From: Corallochytrium limacisporum Hawaii
Taxonomy: Eukaryota; Protista; Pluriformea
NCBI GenBank assembly: GCA_002811645.1
Contig: PDIP01000003.1
Coordinates: forward strand, 496,001-560,000
Direction: 5' to 3'
DNA: 64,000 nt
Below, in pieces: positions 56,278 to 64,000 of the stretch. The position numbers and the translations under genes are program-made. The stretch's first letter is position 1. Every line of letters begins with the position of its first letter. The notes under the pieces are model-generated. The model made no database searches and was not told where the DNA came from. It saw nothing but the letters and a program-made list of their open reading frames with translations.

Positions 56278-58680
56278 TCAGTGGGCAGTGTTACCCGGAA
56301 TCTTCCTCGCCTGTTCACGGTTGTGCGTAGGGCAACCTGCACCCCGTTGCAGCCAGTCCTCAATGCATCCGCGGTGGAACTTGCACAGGCACGGCAAGGT
56401 AGCCACTTCCTGACCCTCATAGTATTCTTCGAAGCAGATGATACATTCAATGTCCTCAACATTCTTTTCTGCGACCGTCACGACATACGCAGCCTCTCCC
56501 GGACGGCCTGTGCCAGTCTCCATCGCACTGCTGATGCATTCAGTGACGTGTTTCTCCATCTCGCGCGGGTCACGGACGCGGAATCGACGGTAGCACACGG
56601 GACAGTCATCAATAGTCCAGTGCTCACTGTCCTCAGCGACCATAAAGTGCCGCTTGCGACTCGCTTCGTCCTGATCGCTGCCTTCGTCATCGTCAATTTG
56701 TTCAATGGCCGGCTTACGGTGCGCACCACTCTTCTCTGCAACGTCGTACTCGCGCTTAAGAATCTCATAGCACGCCTCGCAGACTCTTAGACGCTGATTG
56801 TCGTATTCCGGCAGAGGGAAAGTGTGACTGCTACAGGAATCACAGTAGATGCCACCACAGCTGCGGCAGTGATGGCGGCGCTTAAAGATAGTAAAGCGAA
56901 CACCGCAACGACCACAGTCAGCCACCACATTGTCCTTCAGCCACCGGGCTCTGAATTCTGTCGTGCGGCGCACAATGTGGCGCCGCGGCCCACCCGTCTC
57001 GCTCACCATCGGTAGCAGTCCCCGTTCGTTAAGGCGCATCTCCAAAGGTGTCATTGTGCGGCCCCGCGCAGCATCCGGAAGATTTTGGGTACCGGCGCTC
57101 TGCCCTGATACAGTGCTTGCAGTGCCTGGACTGCGACTACGGCTGCGCGGGCCCAGGCTAGGTGGCGGTGCGGCGTTTGCGACCTGCAGGACGGAGCTCG
57201 GTTCCCGGAATTCTTCTTCGGCCAGACTCGATGCCACGGAGTGTGCAGAATGGTCAAGGTAGCTGTCATCGTCATCAACCGCATTTCGCGCCGCCAAGTG
57301 CTCAATGCTCTCCTTGCGAGAGTGCATTGACGATACGTGCTCCTTCGATGGCGTCTTCTGCGGACTCGCCGACTGCTTCCGCACCGGAGGTACAGCATCC
57401 TCTCTGGCCTCCCGAATCGCCAAGTGCTGATGGTTCTGTTGGTTTGTGGGGTCGAGCCACATGAGGGGTGCGATCTTGCGCACGCGACACCACCGACGCT
57501 GCCTCACTTCACACTCCCGGTCCGCCTTCGGCAGCCAGGGGCCGCTCCAGCCACGGGCATACTGCCATCCTTCCGAATCTACCAGTCCGTGGCTCATGTC
57601 AACGCACCAGTCCGTTATCCACACCCATTTGGCAGGGACCACCTGCAGTCGAGGAGTGTTGTGGTCCTTCCTGGGTGCGTTACTTTCTCCCTCGGGCTCA
57701 CTATCATCGCTCACATTACTACCTGCGGGGTTTGGTCCCGAATTGTCCAACGCCAATGGCAGCAGCAATTCTACAGACTCCGTTGGCAGTTCCACTTCCT
57801 CGCGCCATTTTGCCTTGCCTGTAGCTGGGTCGGCAAAGAAAGGCATGTCGCCCTCAGCAAGGAGGAACCTTGAGCTAAATGCCTTCGGCGGCCCCAGTCG
57901 CTGGCTTTCCACAATAAAATCGATGACTACATGGTGGGCAGGGTCGATCCCTTTCTGCTTCGCAACGTCGGAAATCAGATTACAAATTTCCAGCCAGCTT
58001 CCCTCAGCAGCACAGTCAAAGGCTGTATCCCCGATAATGTTGCGGTAGTCCAGGCGGGCACCGGCCTCGATCAGCAGCCTGCAAACGTCCCTGTAGCCGC
58101 GGGATGCTGCAGCAATCAGTGGCGTGGACTTGAATTTGTGGCTTTGTGTGTCCGGCAGCGCCTTACTACTGAGCAGATACTCCACCAAATCCGCATGTCC
58201 TCGGGATGATGCATTGTGCAGTGATGAGTAGCCATCCTTATCCACCATGTTCACCTTTGCACCCTTCTCTACCAATTCCCGTGCTACCCCGGTGTGACCA
58301 GCCAAGCATGCCCGCATGAGTGCCGTCTCCCCGTCCTCATTGACCGCATTTACCTCAACCTCCGGTGTCGAAAGCAAATATTTTGTACATTCTACTGCAC
58401 CACTGTTTGCAGTCGCGCGCAAGAGTTCTCCCTTGTCAACGACCTCAGGGTCTTGCGCGTCGATCGCAAGCTTAAACCCACCGACATCGTCCTCACCAAG
58501 TGCTGCAAGGACCTCTGCCCGTCGCCAAGACACACGTTTTAGTACAAGAGAATCATTGTGGTTGGTTTTGTGTCCGTTCATATGCTCTCCATTTGCACTG
58601 TGATCGTTTGTGACACTATGGTCTGGTTTCTTGCCCTCACGGATCTCCCGGCGGCGAGTGTCTTCTACGATATCTGTCAT
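56278..58680 (-). CDS. Ankyrin + dysferlin(DysF)-like + FYVE + UBZ-like + RING E3 ubiquitin ligase (Pib1/Upa1-like)
   Basis: Ankyrin repeats (GETALMRAC, GYSSLHNAS, STPLIAAAS); DysF WVWITDWCVD...EGWQYA...VRQRRWCRVR; canonical FYVE WLKD/RRHHCRSCG/RVC; CPVC...HVTEC finger; RING CIICFEE...LPCLCKFHRGCIEDW...CPTH. Confidence 0.92.
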   Translation of the reverse strand: MTDIVEDTRRREIREGKKPDHSVTNDHSANGEHMNGHKTNHNDSLVLKRVSWRRAEVLAALGEDDVGGFKLAIDAQDPEVVDKGELLRATANSGAVECTKYLLSTPEVEVNAVNEDGETALMRACLAGHTGVARELVEKGAKVNMVDKDGYSSLHNASSRGHADLVEYLLSSKALPDTQSHKFKSTPLIAAASRGYRDVCRLLIEAGARLDYRNIIGDTAFDCAAEGSWLEICNLISDVAKQKGIDPAHHVVIDFIVESQRLGPPKAFSSRFLLAEGDMPFFADPATGKAKWREEVELPTESVELLLPLALDNSGPNPAGSNVSDDSEPEGESNAPRKDHNTPRLQVVPAKWVWITDWCVDMSHGLVDSEGWQYARGWSGPWLPKADRECEVRQRRWCRVRKIAPLMWLDPTNQQNHQHLAIREAREDAVPPVRKQSASPQKTPSKEHVSSMHSRKESIEHLAARNAVDDDDSYLDHSAHSVASSLAEEEFREPSSVLQVANAAPPPSLGPRSRSRSPGTASTVSGQSAGTQNLPDAARGRTMTPLEMRLNERGLLPMVSETGGPRRHIVRRTTEFRARWLKDNVVADCGRCGVRFTIFKRRHHCRSCGGIYCDSCSSHTFPLPEYDNQRLRVCEACYEILKREYDVAEKSGAHRKPAIEQIDDDEGSDQDEASRKRHFMVAEDSEHWTIDDCPVCYRRFRVRDPREMEKHVTECISSAMETGTGRPGEAAYVVTVAEKNVEDIECIICFEEYYEGQEVATLPCLCKFHRGCIEDWLQRGAGCPTHNREQARKIPGNTAH

Positions 58681-61494
58681 GTCTATGTGATTTTCTGTGT
58701 GAATGGGTCTGTTTAAACAAATTTCAGTCCTGAACTACGAATTGTTTCCCAATATTGCAATACTATCCAAGCATAGAGTATCTACACGTCATCCTTTTCT
58801 GCCGAATTTCTTTCGTTCTTTCCTGGTGCCCAAGTTTGGTAAGACTTTCTCTACGATTTCTTCCTTCACCCAGTCTATATGGACCATGGATTTATTCCGA
58901 CGACCGTTACTTGATACATTACAGTCCGAAGTACCAGACCAAGGCCAAATTTCAAATTGCCCAAAGCCATCGTCCCAACGTTTCGAGGAACAAAAGGCCC
59001 ATCCGGTACCCCAGCCGCTTGATCCGTCGTGGCTCCCGAGAGCCGCAAACTGGCAGCCCCGCAGGGAAGCTGAGACCTTTGGAAAGGGAAGGACCCGAGC
59101 CGGGGGAGCCTCAGTGCGGGGACGGACAACCCCCCACTTTCCTAAGGCAGTCAGGGAGGGAAAAAGGGGGAGGAGGGGCAGAACGAGAACCTCAGCCAGA
59201 GAGAAAAAATAAGCCTGGGCGGCCCCGTCTCTCTCTCTCTTATGCCCAACGCTTCCGTTTTTGTGTGGTCGCGTTCTCTGGTCTCCCGTCTTCGCGAACG
59301 GACACAAAATGGGAGTTGAAAATGGTCAGACGAAAGGCCCCCCCCCCTCCCCCCCCGGGCGGGGCCAAGAATAAAAAAGGGAAAAATTAGGGGCGAGGGC
59401 AGGGAGGAGTGGGCCTTCTTAAACTACGGAAGCCTTGGGCCGCGGGGCGGGGAGGAAGGCCAGGGTCCAGAACCACACACACACACTCAGCGCACAAGAG
59501 ACCGTGTACCTGCTCCTCGCCTTGTTCCGGAAAAACAGACCGTTGCACTATAGAAAACAAACGCGAACAAAAGTGAAAGAAAATAGTTTTGGACGCATCT
59601 GCTCGGGTTCGCCATCCACCCCCGGGGGGGGGGTTTTCCCGGGGGCCGCAAGCTTCTGCTCTCGTCACAATTTTTTCTTGACCGTTCGTTCCGGTTCCGG
59701 TGATGTGAGCTCTCAATTCTTGGAGTCCCCTTGTCGCCCTTGTGTTTTTTTTTCTTCTTCCCGTCGTGCAGCTATGCCCCCGTCCCCACCGTTTATTCAG
59801 TACCGCACTGGTGCGTATAATCCTTGCGACGGCAATCCAGTTTCTCCCTTGGGCGCCTCTCGAACTAAAATTTGGTCTCTCGCCGGCAACGGAACGCGGC
59901 CAATTCTCACGTCAGCCACCTCCACCCCACCTCCCTCTCCTCGCTTTTGCTAACCTCTCCACTAGCCGGGGACACCGCTACCGTCCCTGGACAATAGTAA
60001 ATGCACCCAGTTTTTGGATGACTCTATGGCATGGTCGCGGGATCTGCCGGCTCTGGGTAGTTGCCCTCTGGGTTCCCTTCCCTTCGAAATTTCCTTTCTG
60101 GGCACCCGTGCTTGTGTGACGCAATTTAGGGTGGTGATTTCCATATTGAAGCAATGGCCATTTGATGGACAAACGGTTCGCATACCACACTTCCAGACAT
60201 TTTCTGTTTTCCGATGCCGAAGTCCAGGTCCTTTCTCCCTTGTTTTTGCCTTTTATAGTGAAAATGTGCGGGACGGGAACGGATATGCCCGCCCAGAGCG
60301 TCAAAGAAAGAAAGGAAGCTGAGTTTGTCAGTAGTAAACGTATGGCATCTACTTCCCCTATTCACGCTGGTCTGCCACGGCCCACCGCAGCGGGAAAGGC
60401 CGAAATGTCCCATCGGTGGAGGGTACAAAGGTCCATCTCGCCCTGACATGTGATCCTTTGTTGTCTCCCACAACATGGACCTTGTCTCGAGAGTTTCATG
60501 TGAAGTACAATACTCCTAGACACTGCCCAGCATGGTGGATCTTGAAAGGCGGCAGGCTGTGGGTGGGTGCGAGAGCAGATAGGCCACATGGTGAGCCGTA
60601 GTGTGGCCTCCAAAATTGTGTTCCAACGATGTACCGATGCTTTCATTAATGGGTGGCGATGGTACAAATCTGGAGGTCGCCATGCAAATCAATCCAGCAA
60701 TCCTGGCATGAACATTGATCCAGTATATGCGAAAACTTCTGTGTGTCCTTTGCGCGGCGGGCGATTGCGACGATGGTGACGGATGAAGGAGGAACTTACG
60801 CTCACCTCTTCAGGTACGTCGAGTCCGGACGGGTTTGGGCGTGTGTCGTGTGCAGCCCCTGTAGTCAATATACTGCCTGAGCATTCTTTCGAGTTTTACC
60901 CGAATTCGACAAGCTGACCAAACGGGGTGCGGGAGGGAGGGGAGCGAGACGCAAAATCAATTCAGCTACAGTTCTCCTCTAGTAAAAGTGTTGGGCAGGG
61001 GGAGCGTGCAGATCTACTACTCCCTTGGGCCCCCGCCCGGAGGAGGTGGGGAGGGCCCAAGGGGAGGGGGGGGGACTAAGAGGAGGAAGGTCTTCAGCAT
61101 TGGACGGGAGGGGCGCGAGGCTTCAGAAGGAACTGGGGGAGGAAGTGACGAGCGCCCCCCCCCCCGGGGAGGGGAGGCTTGGGGGTTCTATCAGTTACGA
61201 CTGTTTTGTAGTGTTGGCGAGGACGGGCCCCGACATGGCGCAGATTACGAATACCAGCCAAGAGGAAGGCAGTTGCGCTGACTGGGCAGGTAGATCAGAA
61301 TCTCAGGGACGGTAGGGTTAGATATGCCCAGAAGCCATTATCTGCAGAATAACAACTAGATTATGGCCGAGTCAGGGTCCAACGGTGGCAGTTAAATATC
61401 AGAAGCATACCACCATAGAACATGTACCCATGCTATGGGATCATGACGTGAACGTCACACACGACGGTGCCAAGGCACTCAGTGAGACAGAATA

Positions 61495-64000
61495 ATGGAA
61501 GGTCATATTTTGTACGAAGAAATTGGCCGTGGGCCACATAGCGTGGTCTTCAAGGGTCGGATGCAAAAAACACTAGAATATGTAGCAATTAAGCAGTATG
61601 AGAAGAGTATGAAACCTCGTCTCAATTTCGAGGCGGCTCTTTCACAAAGGTTAGATCACCCGAACCTTATGAAAATCAAGGGTTATTTTGAGACGTCACA
61701 GAACGTGTGGGTTGTTCAAGACTTTGTCTCTGCCGTGAGCTTACATTCAGTTGTAGTGGATGATGGCCCAATGCCCGAAGACAAGGCTGCCCCAATCATC
61801 TTTCAGCTGCTGTGTGCGCTTTACTGCCTCCATATCAATGGGATCGTCCTAGGTGAGTTCCAAGCGGAACAAATCTTATTGATGGAAGGCGGTTTTAATG
61901 TACAAATGTGGGGTTTCCACCACGGTGGCATCATCAATGACAATGGAGAAGTCTTCATGCCCAACACAAATGATGGGGTCGTTGAAGGAGAAGCTGTGGA
62001 AGCGGTTCAGGCGGATGACTCTATGCAAGTCTCGGTGTTCCATGATTTGATGAGTCTGGGATTGCTCTTCTTCTACTTGCTTACAGGTGAACGGCAAAGA
62101 ATGGATTTGTTTGTAAAGAAGACGGAGAATCCGTTGAAATACCGACTCAAGATTACATCGGAGGTCAGTGAGGGCGCGGTTGACGTCCTCAACCTCCTAG
62201 CGACATCAGGGCAATTTCCTGCAAAGGACCAGGACGTGGGGGCATTCTGGGGCCAGATTCTAGAATGCCCATACTGGGAGCCGTATCTGCACACCCAGAA
62301 GCGGAAGGAATTGGACTGTAAGCTGCCGGAGCGAACGTTGTTGAATCTCCAAAAGACTCTGGAGGTACTACCAAAGATAAGTACGGGTGATGCAGCAATG
62401 CCCATGTTTGTACCAGCTGCTCGAAATGGCGCGTCGTTGACATTGAATCGGCGGGCGAAGTCATACAGCAACGTACCGCAACACCAACGCCGGTCGACGG
62501 GCAATCTTAAGAATCTCGAACGGGTGACATCGTTTGAATCCGGGCGACTTTTTAACGAGTACGGGTCTCTCACAGCCCCCGACAGTGACGACCAGCAGAG
62601 TAAGGACGAATTAAGCGGTCTCATCTTCTTCACCACAGACTTCGTGTCTCTACCGCTGGTCCAGGGCATAACAGAATCAGAACTCAGGACCAAAAAGGCA
62701 CCTCCGGTGGTCTCCTTTAAGATCTACAACATTGAGCGATTCGGGGAATTATCGGATGCTCAGAGGGTGACGCATTTGGATAGCTTGGCGACGCAAACAC
62801 TGCGGGGTCCCATGCCGGTGCGCAATTTTGCCTTGCGCCATTTTGAAGTTCTTTCTGGCACAGTGGCAGGGGCAAACTCGATTGTTGGATCATCAGTCTA
62901 CCCGTGGCTCATCGAAAAGATCCGCAAGCCCCCAGCTGCCAATCTACAGAAACCTGTCTGTCGAATCCTTGCCGTGGTACACGCGACCATGTCTGAATTG
63001 AAGACCAACGCACCGTGGTCTACATCCCTGGAAGCCATTCTGAGCGTTGCGGGCAAGGGTATCGGGACCAATCCGGAAATTCGCAAATATCTACTCGGAG
63101 CAGCTGCCGAGCTGCTGTACTTTATTTACTCCCTGCCATCTCCCGAACCAGACGTCTACTTAGAGAGTGAGGAGGGAGATTACATTGCACAGTCATGGGA
63201 TGTTCTGTGGACCACATTTACGGAAGAAGATTGGAACGACGACTCTGGGCTGGTGCAACTGACAGGACAGTTCTTTGAGAATGTCGCAAGTTTCGAGTAT
63301 GCTGTGACTAAGGTTTTCAATGAGTACAAGTGGATTCCGGAGATACTGAGACTTGCTTTGGTGCAGAGCCCGGAGCGGACAGGGAAGAACGATGTAGCTA
63401 TGTCGATGCTCGGTAAACTGTCCAAGTTTTATCCAAGTCTAGCGGCCGAGTTCATGTCCCATGGGAGCTGTCACACATTGCTGTACACTATCAAGACGGC
63501 CAAGAGTTACACTCAGAGCGTGTTCCTGAATCTTTGCAACATGGCGTTGATTACAGATAAGGCATCTATGATTGACAGGGGACAAGACTTTTTGCGGGAC
63601 GTCATGGACTGGTGCATGGATTTGTGCCATATAGAACGGCGGCAGATTGTCCTGTCGTCCAGAACCTTCCCAAAGGCAATGATCTGCTTGAGTCTCCTAT
63701 GTGATGTGGACATGTCAATCCTCAATGTATGCCTACAGCCTTCAGAAACGGTCACCGCTGGGCAGCCAATCCGAGATGAAGACGACGACAGTTTGGTAGC
63801 CATCCTCGAAAATGCCATTCGGGATACGTATTACACGAACGTGAAGATTCAAAAGGGCAGCCAATCTTACGTTCTGGCCTCTGCTACAGCCTCTTACCGC
63901 TTCCTACTGTCCATTGTCATCGAGGCGTTGTTGGGTATGCGGCCGTCGATACCAGTTCAGGACATCAGTCTGAAAATTCGACAGTTGACAGTCTTTGCAA
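61495..64000 (+). CDS. ULK4: ULK4/RUNKEL-like pseudokinase (3'-truncated by the window; not in the ORF track)
   Basis: Manual translation: MEGHILYEEIGRGPHSVVFKGRMQKTLEYVAIK...YFETSQNVWVV...LHINGIVLGEFQAEQILL, then LSGLIFFTTDFVSLPLV (ULK4-like post-kinase motif) and a helical repeat region. No in-frame stop seen to the window end. Confidence 0.85.
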   Translation, partial: MEGHILYEEIGRGPHSVVFKGRMQKTLEYVAIKQYEKSMKPRLNFEAALSQRLDHPNLMKIKGYFETSQNVWVVQDFVSAVSLHSVVVDDGPMPEDKAAPIIFQLLCALYCLHINGIVLGEFQAEQILLMEGGFNVQMWGFHHGGIINDNGEVFMPNTNDGVVEGEAVEAVQADDSMQVSVFHDLMSLGLLFFYLLTGERQRMDLFVKKTENPLKYRLKITSEVSEGAVDVLNLLATSGQFPAKDQDVGAFWGQILECPYWEPYLHTQKRKELDCKLPERTLLNLQKTLEVLPKISTGDAAMPMFVPAARNGASLTLNRRAKSYSNVPQHQRRSTGNLKNLERVTSFESGRLFNEYGSLTAPDSDDQQSKDELSGLIFFTTDFVSLPLVQGITESELRTKKAPPVVSFKIYNIERFGELSDAQRVTHLDSLATQTLRGPMPVRNFALRHFEVLSGTVAGANSIVGSSVYPWLIEKIRKPPAANLQKPVCRILAVVHATMSELKTNAPWSTSLEAILSVAGKGIGTNPEIRKYLLGAAAELLYFIYSLPSPEPDVYLESEEGDYIAQSWDVLWTTFTEEDWNDDSGLVQLTGQFFENVASFEYAVTKVFNEYKWIPEILRLALVQSPERTGKNDVAMSMLGKLSKFYPSLAAEFMSHGSCHTLLYTIKTAKSYTQSVFLNLCNMALITDKASMIDRGQDFLRDVMDWCMDLCHIERRQIVLSSRTFPKAMICLSLLCDVDMSILNVCLQPSETVTAGQPIRDEDDDSLVAILENAIRDTYYTNVKIQKGSQSYVLASATASYRFLLSIVIEALLGMRPSIPVQDISLKIRQLTVFA

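Noticed and set aside
1-64000. CRISPR arrays, rRNA/tRNA/snRNA genes, transposases or retroelements
   Set aside because: None recognisable in this window.

Overview
Eukaryotic genomic DNA with long single-exon ORFs (no intron needed to read any gene) and three N-gaps. The gene mix combines animal-type genes (RPEL/Phactr, two-finger GATA) with genes typical of fungi/plants (RIT1, Mpo1, Cdc24-OB, Upa1/Pib1-like). This suggests an intron-poor unicellular opisthokont, probably a holozoan such as a Corallochytrium-like pluriformean (inference only). Bases 1-20.6 kb are a dense housekeeping block: HMGB, NOL12, two unknowns, an acylated class-V PLP enzyme, a small membrane protein, pyruvate kinase, Cdc24-OB, RIT1, septin, uL11m and bL35m. 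A ~20 kb stretch with no credible ORF follows, ending at a GATA factor with the exact metazoan C-X2-C-X17-C-X2-C-X29-C-X2-C-X17-C-X2-C layout, whose presumed leader holds an ATF4-like uORF set. After it come a FYVE-like/RPEL Phactr, Mpo1, a bacterial-type methyltransferase, a bacterial-type soluble transhydrogenase (SthA) with a mitochondrial presequence, an ankyrin-DysF-FYVE-UBZ-RING E3, and a ULK4-like pseudokinase that runs off the window and is missing from the ORF track. The best candidates for new biology are the GATA locus (animal-type TF, gene desert, uORFs, CHR-like cluster) and the mitochondrial SthA. Family calls come from motif recognition; no database searches were run.
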